DNA of 64,000 nt from an uncultured Faecalitalea sp. (GTDB lineage Bacteria; Bacillota_I; Bacilli_A; Erysipelotrichales; Erysipelotrichaceae), in the NCBI GenBank assembly GCA_946539765.1, contig CAMNHO010000001.1, forward strand, positions 54,773-118,772. The letters are read 5' to 3'. Every line of letters starts with the position of its first letter. Position 1 is the first letter of the stretch. Made by a program: the position numbers and the translations under genes. Below are positions 18,715 to 26,681 of this stretch, in pieces. Below the pieces are notes generated by a model, which did no database searches, was not told the origin of the DNA, and worked only from the letters and a program-made list of their open reading frames with translations.

Positions 18715-19782
18715 ATGAGAAAAAAGGTTGGGATCTGTACATTATATGACAATGAGAATATTGGGAATCGTCTTCAGAACTATGCGGTACAGTTTATTCT
18801 GGAACAGATGGGCTGCCAAACTGAGACATTGCCGATCGTCCGGGTTTACGGAAAAAGGGCTAAACTGAAACAATGGCTGCAGCATCTGTGTACGTCTGCT
18901 TCTAAAAGAGAACAACAAAAACGAAAACAGAAGCGGAAAAAAGCGATTACCGCCTTTACTAAGGAGTATATTCATCTTGGTCAACCGGTGAATAAATTTG
19001 ATTTACCAAAAGATCTGAAAGATCGGTACGATTATTTTGTGACTGGAAGTGACCAGGTATGGCGGAACTGGTCGGAAAAGAAAGAAGATCTGGATTTCTA
19101 CATGCTTCGCTTTTGTGAAAGGTCACAAAGGATAGCTTTAGCCCCCAGCTTTGGCAAAGATGAGATTACAACCAACAGGGATTTGTATGTGGAAGGATTA
19201 AAAGGATTTGATCATTTGTCTGTTCGGGAACAAAGTGGACAGCGACTGATTGAACAACTGACTGGACAGCAGGCTCGGGTATTGTTGGATCCTACCATGT
19301 TCGTCGATGTGAAACAGTGGTGTGCCATTGAAAAAAGACCGGATTGGCTGCCTCAGTCAAAATATATGGTTATCTACTCGCTAAGTGAAATAGATCCATC
19401 TGTTCAAATGTATTTGAAACGATTTGAATCGGAATATATGATGATCGAATTAAAGAATCCGAAGATAGAATCGTGGTATAATACAAGACCGGATGAATTT
19501 CTGTATTTGATCCATCATGCCAGTCTGGTTGTTACGGATTCATTTCATGCGTGTGTCTTTTCCATTTTATATCATACGGATTTTATCGTATATGAAAGGC
19601 AGCTGAAGAATTCCATGTTTTCAAGAATTGAAACATTGATGAAAACATTCGGACTAACAGATCGGATCTTTACAAACATGGATCCGAATGCATGGAACCA
19701 TACGGATTTTACCGGTGTTGCATCGGTGCTTGAAAAAGAAAGAGAGAAAGCGAAGGCTTTTATTGAACGATCATTGCGTTAA
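18715..19782 (+). CDS. Polysaccharide pyruvyl transferase
   Basis: 355 aa. Has the N-terminal NIGNRLQNYA motif and C-terminal VVTDSFHACVFSILYHTDFIV, typical of the PS_pyruv_trans (WcaK/CsaB-like) family. Confidence 0.75.
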   Translation: MRKKVGICTLYDNENIGNRLQNYAVQFILEQMGCQTETLPIVRVYGKRAKLKQWLQHLCTSASKREQQKRKQKRKKAITAFTKEYIHLGQPVNKFDLPKDLKDRYDYFVTGSDQVWRNWSEKKEDLDFYMLRFCERSQRIALAPSFGKDEITTNRDLYVEGLKGFDHLSVREQSGQRLIEQLTGQQARVLLDPTMFVDVKQWCAIEKRPDWLPQSKYMVIYSLSEIDPSVQMYLKRFESEYMMIELKNPKIESWYNTRPDEFLYLIHHASLVVTDSFHACVFSILYHTDFIVYERQLKNSMFSRIETLMKTFGLTDRIFTNMDPNAWNHTDFTGVASVLEKEREKAKAFIERSLR

Positions 19783-19792
19783 TGGAGGAGCT

Positions 19793-21313
19793 ATGAAGAA
19801 TCAACGGAAAATAGGTGTCATCTTATCCTATCTGTCACAAGGAGTACATATCCTTACCGGACTGATCTATACACCGGTGATGTTGCGTCTGTTGGGACAG
19901 AGTGAATATGGATTGTATCAACTGGTCGCTTCTGTTGTATCTTATCTTTCTTTATTGAGCTTTGGTTTTTCGGCTTCGTATGTGCGCTTTTATTCACGCT
20001 ATAATGAAAAAGGAGAATCAGAAAAGATCGAGCAGTTAAATGGAATGTTTCTGAGCATCTTTCTGCTGATCGCGCTCCTCTGTATCGTATGTGGTGTTGT
20101 GATGGTTCTCAACATTACCCGTATATTTGGAAGTGGACTGACAGAAGCCGAGTATGTGAAAGCCCGTATTCTGATGTTTATATTAGTGATCAACTTATCC
20201 CTGACATTTCCTATCAGTGTGTTTGATTGTATTACATCGGCCCATGAACGTTTTTTCTTCCAAAAGCTGGTCACATTTCTTCAAAACCTGCTTAACCCGT
20301 TTTTGTGTCTTCCTTTGTTGATCCTGGGCTTTGGGTCCATCGGGATGGTGATGGTCACAACCGGATTGACGGTTTGTCGTCTTTTATTGAATATGTACTA
20401 TGTTCTGAAAAAGATGAAGATCCGTTTTTCCTTCGGAGGTTTTGATTTTACGCTGTTTAAAGAAATGTTTGTGTTTACGTTCTTTATCTTCATTAATCAG
20501 ATCATTGACCAGGTGAACTGGAGCGTGGATAAATTCTTATTAGGACGTTTGTCCGGAACCACCGCTGTTGCGATATATGGTGTCGGAGCGACCATCAATA
20601 CGATGTATCTGCAATTTTCTACTTCGATTGCGCATGTCTTTATTCCCAAGGTCAATCGTATTATTGCCCATAACGAAAAATCACGACAGGTGACCGAATT
20701 ATTCGTAAAGGTTGGAAGAGTGCAGTATTTATTGTTGGGACTGATCATTACCGGCTTTATTTTCTTTGGCAAACCGTTTATGGAGCTATGGGCCGGAAAA
20801 AGCTATGACCAAGCGTATTATGTTGCCTTATTGCTGATCCTGCCGGTTACCGTGCCTTTGATCCAGAATATCGGAATCGAGATACAAAGAGCTATGAACA
20901 AACATCAGGTACGCTCGATCGTCTATTTATTGATTGCGATCGGAAATATTTTTATGAGTATTCCACTGATCCATCAAATGGGAGCAGCCGGAGCTGCCTT
21001 AGGAACGGCCATTTCTTTAACATTAGGGAATATTCTGTTTATGAACTGGTTTTATCACAGACATTTATATATCGATATTTTGTACTTCTGGAAGAACATA
21101 GGCCAAATTACTTTATCTTTTCTCCTTCCGATCCTGTGTGGATTGCTGCTAAACCACTATTTGGATGTATACCAGCCGAAATTCTTTGTTCTGGGGATTA
21201 TGATCTACACTCTTTGTTATTGTGGATCGATCTGGCGATTCGGTATGAATGAACAGGAAAAGGATATATTTTATTCGGTCATAAGAAAACTGGGGATCAA
21301 TCATGGAAAATAA
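19793..21313 (+). CDS. Wzx-type oligosaccharide flippase (MOP superfamily), copy 2
   Basis: Start moved to the ATG at 19793 (MKNQRKIGVILSYL...), preceded by GGAGG. The track ORF start at 19688 overlaps the upstream gene. The protein is multi-pass and has an LLGQSEYGLYQL motif. Confidence 0.75.
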   Translation: MKNQRKIGVILSYLSQGVHILTGLIYTPVMLRLLGQSEYGLYQLVASVVSYLSLLSFGFSASYVRFYSRYNEKGESEKIEQLNGMFLSIFLLIALLCIVCGVVMVLNITRIFGSGLTEAEYVKARILMFILVINLSLTFPISVFDCITSAHERFFFQKLVTFLQNLLNPFLCLPLLILGFGSIGMVMVTTGLTVCRLLLNMYYVLKKMKIRFSFGGFDFTLFKEMFVFTFFIFINQIIDQVNWSVDKFLLGRLSGTTAVAIYGVGATINTMYLQFSTSIAHVFIPKVNRIIAHNEKSRQVTELFVKVGRVQYLLLGLIITGFIFFGKPFMELWAGKSYDQAYYVALLLILPVTVPLIQNIGIEIQRAMNKHQVRSIVYLLIAIGNIFMSIPLIHQMGAAGAALGTAISLTLGNILFMNWFYHRHLYIDILYFWKNIGQITLSFLLPILCGLLLNHYLDVYQPKFFVLGIMIYTLCYCGSIWRFGMNEQEKDIFYSVIRKLGINHGK

Positions 21314-22253
21314 TCATATTCGATACATTGGCTGTATCAATAAAAAAGCAGAGATTCAAAAGAAAAGCTCCTCCGGAGGTGTCTTTTATGCACTCTGTGA
21401 GAAGATCATCGAGCAAGGTGGTGTCGTTTTCGGCGCGCGTTTTGATGCACAATGGAATGTAATCCATGATTGGGCGGATACCCTGGAGGGTGTTCTTCCG
21501 TTTCTAGGCAGTAAATATGTGCAATCAAAAACAGGGGATTCATATCAAAAGGCAGAAAGCTTTTTGAAACAAGGCCGATGGGTCTTGTTCAGTGGTACAC
21601 CTTGTCAGATTGCCGGCTTAAAAGGGTATCTGAAAACAGAGTATCAGAAACTGTTATGTGTGGATTGTATTTGTCATGGTGTGCCATCGGAAAAAGTATG
21701 GCAGCAGTATCTTCATGAAATCTCTCAAAATAAGACCATTGTTGATATTTCCTTCCGTGATAAAACAGATGGGTGGAAAGATTATGCGATGCGGATCGAC
21801 TATGCGGACGGGGCACAATACCGATGTCATCATTTACAGGATCCGTATATGAAGGGGTTTATCAAAAATCTTTATTTACGTCCTTCCTGTTACCAATGTC
21901 CGTTTAAAGGAAACAACTATCACTCCGATATAACCTTGGGGGACTTGTGGAATGCACAGAAAATGTATCGTGAACATTATGATGCGATGGGCGTTTCCTT
22001 GATTCTGACAAGGACTAAAAAGGGGTGGACAATGATGGAATCTATCCGTCAACAACTAAAAACGTTTGAAGTCGATGAACGCGTTTTTGAAGGGTTTCCG
22101 TCCGCTTTACAACCAGCGGCCCGACCGAAAGAAAGCGATGTGTTTGATTCGATGCCGGGAACGTTTTGTCAAAAAGTAGAGAAACTAACGAAAGTGCCAG
22201 TGAAGAAAAAAGCCATAAGGAAATTGAAAAGGATCTTAAAAAGGGTGACATGA
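21303..22253 (+). CDS. FrhB-like (coenzyme F420 hydrogenase/dehydrogenase beta-subunit family) protein
   Basis: 316 aa. Contains SSSGGVFYAL, GTPCQIAGLK and CxCHGVPS blocks. This family often accompanies pyruvyl transferases in EPS loci. No N-terminal ferredoxin domain is visible. Confidence 0.65.
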   Translation: MENNHIRYIGCINKKAEIQKKSSSGGVFYALCEKIIEQGGVVFGARFDAQWNVIHDWADTLEGVLPFLGSKYVQSKTGDSYQKAESFLKQGRWVLFSGTPCQIAGLKGYLKTEYQKLLCVDCICHGVPSEKVWQQYLHEISQNKTIVDISFRDKTDGWKDYAMRIDYADGAQYRCHHLQDPYMKGFIKNLYLRPSCYQCPFKGNNYHSDITLGDLWNAQKMYREHYDAMGVSLILTRTKKGWTMMESIRQQLKTFEVDERVFEGFPSALQPAARPKESDVFDSMPGTFCQKVEKLTKVPVKKKAIRKLKRILKRVT

Positions 22254-22336
22254 AATCGATTTCGGCATTCATGAAAAATGTAACAGATACAAACAATGTG
22301 AAAAGGCAGACCTTTATAAAAAGTTGGAATGCGAAT

Positions 22337-22372
22337 AAAAACAGGAATGGATCAAGCGTTCCTGTTTTTGTA
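22337..22372 (+). terminator. Putative rho-independent terminator at the end of the long glycopolymer operon
   Basis: The stem aaaaacaggaa / ttcctgttttt has an 11-nt loop and is followed by a T-run. Confidence 0.5.
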
Positions 22373-22440
22373 AAGTATTTGTATGAGAAGAAACAAGTAA
22401 AAGAAAAATGTGAATAAGTCTACTTATAAAACTGGTTTTA

Positions 22441-22468
22441 TTGACTGTGGATAAGATTTAGATATAAT
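22441..22468 (+). promoter_or_regulatory. Putative sigma-A promoter for the acyltransferase gene
   Basis: TTGACT (22441-22446), a 16-nt spacer, then TATAAT (22463-22468), about 95 nt upstream of the ATG at 22565. Confidence 0.4.
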
Positions 22469-22564
22469 ACTTATAGATTAGGAAGTATTATCGATAATAA
22501 GTATTTTACACCTGTTGATATCGGAGGTTTTTATGTTAATGAAAGGATTGCGGGATATAAAAAG

Positions 22565-23572
22565 ATGGAACAAATAAGAAAACGAATTGATTGGCTGGAT
22601 ATCTGTAAAGGCCTTGCCATTCTTTTAGTAATCGTTGGGCATATCTATGCGATTCCTTCTGAATTACGTCAGTTTATTTTTTCTTTTCATATGCCGTTGT
22701 TTATGATGGTCAATGGATTTCTGATTCACAATTACAACATAAAGGACACCTTCTTCAAGTCTTTGCGATCCCTGGTTAAGCCTTATGTCATTGTATGTGT
22801 CCTGCAAGCTGTTTTGGCAGCGGCTTTTGTACAAGGATGGAAGGCTAAAGAAAGCGTACTGATCCATTGTTTGATGGATATGGTCGGAGGAATGTCTAAA
22901 ATTTCCACTGTTTTTACACAGTTCCAATCGGTATGGTTGATTTGGTTTGTTGCTTGTCTGTTTGTGACAAGAAACTTGTATGTAGCGCTCCGATCCCTCA
23001 CCCAAAAGATACCTTCCATTTTTCAATTTCTAATTATTCTGGTTGTGGCATATTTGGGGTGGTATGTTGCTCAAACCATCGGATTTTTACCATGGTCTAT
23101 AGATGTTGCCATGGTTTCGATCCTATTTCTTGTTACAGGGGACTTTCTACGGATCCATCCTTTGAATGGTAAACTGAAAATATTAACGTTGCTTGTCACT
23201 ATCTTATTATGGATGATTTGTCTGCATAATGGGATTCAAATTGAACTGGCGACGAGAAGCTATCCGTATGGAATCCTTAGTATAGTCTGCGCAATTGCAG
23301 GCAGTCTTGTTATGATGGGGATTTCCCAGGGAATCGAACGAATCCCTGTACTATCTGATTTTCTGATTTGGGCAGGGAAGAACAGTATTGTTATTCTAGC
23401 TGTACATTGTCTTGAAATGCGTTTCTTTCAATGGCAGGAATGGATATATGAACCTTTACATATTAGCCCTGGCTGGAAAACCGATTGTATCATTCACATC
23501 ACAATGATTCTTCTTATCACATGGAGCTATACTGTTATACAAAATATAATAAAACAAAGGAATTCTTTATAA
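22565..23572 (+). CDS. Acyltransferase family 3 membrane protein (probable polysaccharide O-acetyltransferase)
   Basis: 335 aa multi-pass. The N-terminal WLDICKGLAILLVIVGH motif is typical of Acyl_transf_3. Confidence 0.8.
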   Translation: MEQIRKRIDWLDICKGLAILLVIVGHIYAIPSELRQFIFSFHMPLFMMVNGFLIHNYNIKDTFFKSLRSLVKPYVIVCVLQAVLAAAFVQGWKAKESVLIHCLMDMVGGMSKISTVFTQFQSVWLIWFVACLFVTRNLYVALRSLTQKIPSIFQFLIILVVAYLGWYVAQTIGFLPWSIDVAMVSILFLVTGDFLRIHPLNGKLKILTLLVTILLWMICLHNGIQIELATRSYPYGILSIVCAIAGSLVMMGISQGIERIPVLSDFLIWAGKNSIVILAVHCLEMRFFQWQEWIYEPLHISPGWKTDCIIHITMILLITWSYTVIQNIIKQRNSL

Positions 23573-23592
23573 GTCGAATTCCTTTGTTTTAT
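23555..23592. terminator. Bidirectional hairpin terminator between convergent genes
   Basis: The stem caaaggaattc / gaattcctttg is flanked by an A-run on one side and a T-run on the other. It lies between the 22565..23572 (+) and 23589..24350 (-) gene ends. Confidence 0.5.
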
Positions 23593-24350
23593 TTATAAAG
23601 GTTCTGCATATGATTGATGATATCATGACGCAGCATGGAAATACTTCGATCTGTATCATGATCCAGGTATTGTTCCAGCTGTCGTTCATATTCTTCCTGC
23701 AACATCAGGAAGGTGGTTTCTCTCTGCGCTTTTCTTGAACTGTGGATTAAAAGGATGATCAAGATCAGCTGTAGTAGGAGAATGACAATAGAAGCGATAA
23801 AACGTAAACCTGCGTATGCATTTTGGGCACCCAGATCAATAAAGAGAGTTGAAGAAATGTAAATCATAACGGTCTGCAGCACCAAACATAACCCAAAATA
23901 TACATGTTCCCTTTTCCGATTGAAGATGTCCACTTCAAAGCCACCAATAACACCATAATAAGCGATAAACATCAAAAGCCCCTGCAATATATATACGGGC
24001 AAGGTCGGCATCGCCTGATATGACTGGTGATAAATACCGAAATAGAATCCGACAATTGGAATCTCCACCAAGGCCATCACACCGAGCTCAAAAGGAAGAG
24101 CCCATAGCTTTTTGACCATTCTTTCCTCTGGAAAGAAAAGAAAGATAGAGATTGTAAAGAAGATCATCGATGACAAGAGTCGTACAAGGGGATCGTGAAA
24201 AAGAAAGAGCGTTGAACTGTTCACGATGATCTCATAGTAAAGAAAGACCTTTACAAAGGAAACAAAACGATTCTCCGAGTATAAAAAATAATCTAGAAAA
24301 TACGCAATCGCTATATTCTGCGGCGTCAGTAAGATATAGTCATACCACAT
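23589..24350 (-). CDS. Multi-pass membrane protein ending in an HPK10/AgrC-type H-box; no ATPase domain (paralog 4 of 4)
   Basis: 253 aa with about six hydrophobic helices. A coiled segment LQEEYERQLEQY follows, then MLRHDIINHMQNLYK-stop. SD AAGAGG lies 6 nt upstream. There is a 2-nt gap to the upstream ORF. Confidence 0.65.
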   Translation of the reverse strand: MWYDYILLTPQNIAIAYFLDYFLYSENRFVSFVKVFLYYEIIVNSSTLFLFHDPLVRLLSSMIFFTISIFLFFPEERMVKKLWALPFELGVMALVEIPIVGFYFGIYHQSYQAMPTLPVYILQGLLMFIAYYGVIGGFEVDIFNRKREHVYFGLCLVLQTVMIYISSTLFIDLGAQNAYAGLRFIASIVILLLQLILIILLIHSSRKAQRETTFLMLQEEYERQLEQYLDHDTDRSISMLRHDIINHMQNLYK

Positions 24351-24352
24351 GA

Positions 24353-25111
24353 TTAACCTCTTTCTTTCCAGTAATTCAATAAATCATGACGGAGCTGACG
24401 AATCTGGTCATCTTCGTTCAAATTCAGATACGCATTCAACTGGGATTCATATTCCTTTTGCAGCATCCACAGTGTTTTTTCTTTTTGTTGGTGACGGGAA
24501 TATCGGACCAGGGAATAAAGCAGGACCGACTGCACCAAAAGAATCGAGATATAGCTAATTCCCCGTACAGTCACAAAAGCCGGCTGATCGGGCTGATCCA
24601 TAAGCAGAGTGGCGGATATATATAATAGGGCAACTTGAATAACCAGACAGAATCCAAACAGGATATGTTCTTTCCGTGACTGAAACAGGCTGACATCAAA
24701 ATAACGGATGATCCAATAGTAGATCAGGGTCATGATCAAAGCCTGCAGCGTATATAAAGCCAAGGTTGGCAGTTCCTGCTGGGTATGGTGATAGATCCCA
24801 AAGTGAAAACCAATGGTCGGAACTTCAGACAACAACATGCCGCCAATTTCAAATAACAAAGCCCATATTTTTTTGGTTGTGCTTTCTTTTGGATACAAAA
24901 GAAAGATGCAACCTGCAAATAATGCGATATTGCCTACAAACCGAAGAAGGAAAGAATAGAACAAAAAATAAGTACAGGAATTGACCAGTATTTCATAGAA
25001 CAAAAATGTCTTGATAAAGGATATCATGCGATTGTCTGAATCTAGATAAAAAGACAGAAAATACGCAATCGGCAGATTTTGTAAAGACAGTAATAAGTAT
25101 TCTTCCAACAT
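24353..25111 (-). CDS. Multi-pass membrane protein ending in an HPK10/AgrC-type H-box; no ATPase domain (paralog 3 of 4)
   Basis: 252 aa. Ends with ...LQKEYESQLNAYLNLNEDDQIRQLRHDLLNYWKERG-stop. SD AAGGAG lies 8 nt upstream. There is a 4-nt gap to the upstream ORF. Confidence 0.65.
   Translation of the reverse strand: MLEEYLLLSLQNLPIAYFLSFYLDSDNRMISFIKTFLFYEILVNSCTYFLFYSFLLRFVGNIALFAGCIFLLYPKESTTKKIWALLFEIGGMLLSEVPTIGFHFGIYHHTQQELPTLALYTLQALIMTLIYYWIIRYFDVSLFQSRKEHILFGFCLVIQVALLYISATLLMDQPDQPAFVTVRGISYISILLVQSVLLYSLVRYSRHQQKEKTLWMLQKEYESQLNAYLNLNEDDQIRQLRHDLLNYWKERG
24366..24388 (-). repeat. 23-nt tract identical to 25129..25151 (3' coding end of paralog 3)
   Basis: ttccagtaattcaataaatcatg on the + strand encodes the ...HDLLNYW end of the H-box. 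Similarity continues at reduced identity for about 100 nt. Confidence 0.8.
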
Positions 25112-25115
25112 ACGA

Positions 25116-25892
25116 TCAACTCCTTGTGTTCCAGTAATTCAATAAATCATGGCGTAATCGACGAATCTGATCCTCTTCTTTTAAATCCATATAGTCATGC
25201 AGCTGCTGCTCATATTCCTTCTGCAGCATCAGGCGTGTCTGCTGACTTTGTTCTTTTTGTTTCTGTTTAAATAATAAATAGAAGGTATACAAAAACAATA
25301 ACAGACTTGCCAATAGAAACAGGATCAACATATACATATAGGCTTTGGTATAAAACAATCGGGTGAAGATCATGGTGCCCCCATACAAGTAACAAACCTG
25401 GATGATGCAGCAGATCAGGATATATCGCATAAATGAAGTGGATATAAACTGATCGCGGTTAAACAGACGGATCAAAACTGTATATAAGGTAAAAAACAGA
25501 ACAAACTGTATCAAATAGATATAGATCGGACCAAAGGTCTCTGGTGGATTACCTTCGATGACCAGATACACCCCGGTCAGCAGCATTTCCACGATCAGGA
25601 TCACAGCGACCAATAAGAAGCTGGCCAGGATCTTTCGAAACAATCGTTCCCGGCGAAAGAACAGAAAGATGCCGGTAGTCAGTAAAACCAGATTCATGAT
25701 AAACTTTGGCAACAGCCGGTACCACAGAAGAACAGAAGCCAAAGGAATCAGAATCTGATAGAACAGAGTGATCTGGAGAAAAGCTTTCTTTCGGTTTTCT
25801 GCATATAAGAACTGGCTGAGAAAGTATGCATATAATAAATTTTGTGGAAATTGAATCAAGAAGATCCTTATAAAAAATGAACCATCCGACAT
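25116..25892 (-). CDS. Multi-pass membrane protein ending in an HPK10/AgrC-type H-box; no ATPase domain (paralog 2 of 4)
   Basis: 258 aa. Ends with ...LQKEYEQQLHDYMDLKEEDQIRRLRHDLLNYWNTRS-stop. SD GGAGGA lies 8 nt upstream. The start abuts the upstream stop with a 0-nt gap, in the same frame. Confidence 0.65.
   Translation of the reverse strand: MSDGSFFIRIFLIQFPQNLLYAYFLSQFLYAENRKKAFLQITLFYQILIPLASVLLWYRLLPKFIMNLVLLTTGIFLFFRRERLFRKILASFLLVAVILIVEMLLTGVYLVIEGNPPETFGPIYIYLIQFVLFFTLYTVLIRLFNRDQFISTSFMRYILICCIIQVCYLYGGTMIFTRLFYTKAYMYMLILFLLASLLLFLYTFYLLFKQKQKEQSQQTRLMLQKEYEQQLHDYMDLKEEDQIRRLRHDLLNYWNTRS
25129..25151 (-). repeat. 23-nt tract identical to 24366..24388 (3' coding end of paralog 2)
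   Basis: The same 23-mer was read directly in both places. Confidence 0.8.
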
Positions 25893-26681
25893 CTAAGCTT
25901 CCTCCATCCAGTGGATCAGATCATGTCTCAACAAAGCCAGCTGTTCTTCATTATCCATCTGCATATATCGTTCCAGCTGCTGTTCATACTCCTTTTCCAA
26001 AAGCGATCGTGTCCGGTCTCTTTGTTCTTTTTGTTTCTGCTTATAGATCAGATAAAAAAGAATAAAGTAGGAACCAAAGATCAGCAATGTCAATACGGCC
26101 AGTACAACAGTAAATGCCGGTGTATAACTGAAATTGGTAAAGCTTAGCGAAGCCAGAAAACTCATTATGACCTGTATACAGAAACATAACAGCAGGTATC
26201 GTTTTCCATAACTTTCAAAAAAACGGCTGCGGTCAAACACTTTTAAGACCATCTGAAACAACAGAAAGAACAATACATACTGAAACAGATAGATCAGCGG
26301 TGACTGTGGTAAAGAAGAGGAAGGATCCACGGCTTTGACAGCGCCGTTGATCAAGGTGGTGCCGCCTAGCAAAAGCACTTCACTGCCTACGATCACAACT
26401 AATTGTAAAATGACGGACAATACTTTGCGATAAGTGGTTTCTTCTTTGAAGAACAAAAATACACAGAGCAACATCAGGCATGTATTAGCAATAAACTTTA
26501 CCGGAATGATATAGAAAAACATATAGGAGACCGGGGTTGTTACGATCTGATAGAATAAGAACACCTGCAGAAAGCTCTTTTTGCGGTTTGGGGTATACAG
26601 AAACCGACTGATAAAGTAAGCATAAATCAGATTCTGTACAAAGCTGATAGCCGAAATCTCCATCAACAGATGCCAATCCAT
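25893..26681 (-). CDS. Multi-pass membrane protein ending in an HPK10/AgrC-type H-box; no ATPase domain (paralog 1 of 4)
   Basis: Start placed at the ATG at 26681-26679 (MDWHLLMEIS...). It overlaps the upstream TAA as TAATG, and SD GGAGGA lies 10 nt upstream. The protein ends LEKEYEQQLERYMQMDNEEQLALLRHDLIHWMEEA-stop. Confidence 0.65.
   Translation of the reverse strand: MDWHLLMEISAISFVQNLIYAYFISRFLYTPNRKKSFLQVFLFYQIVTTPVSYMFFYIIPVKFIANTCLMLLCVFLFFKEETTYRKVLSVILQLVVIVGSEVLLLGGTTLINGAVKAVDPSSSLPQSPLIYLFQYVLFFLLFQMVLKVFDRSRFFESYGKRYLLLCFCIQVIMSFLASLSFTNFSYTPAFTVVLAVLTLLIFGSYFILFYLIYKQKQKEQRDRTRSLLEKEYEQQLERYMQMDNEEQLALLRHDLIHWMEEA

Noticed and set aside
19688-19792. N-terminal extensions proposed by the ORF track (19688, 25893..26717, 37023, 39326, 39598, 45603, 49308, 51671, 57628, 7223)
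   Set aside because: In each case an internal ATG has a proper SD and begins where family homology or the signal peptide starts. The extension overlaps the upstream gene, so I used the shorter starts.
22250-22417. 55-codon basic ORF (MKSISAFMKNV...) overlapping the stop of the FrhB-like gene
   Set aside because: It contains the best terminator hairpin of the region (22337-22372) within its coding sequence. It has no clear SD and is AT-rich and Lys/Asn-biased. It is more likely a non-coding operon tail.
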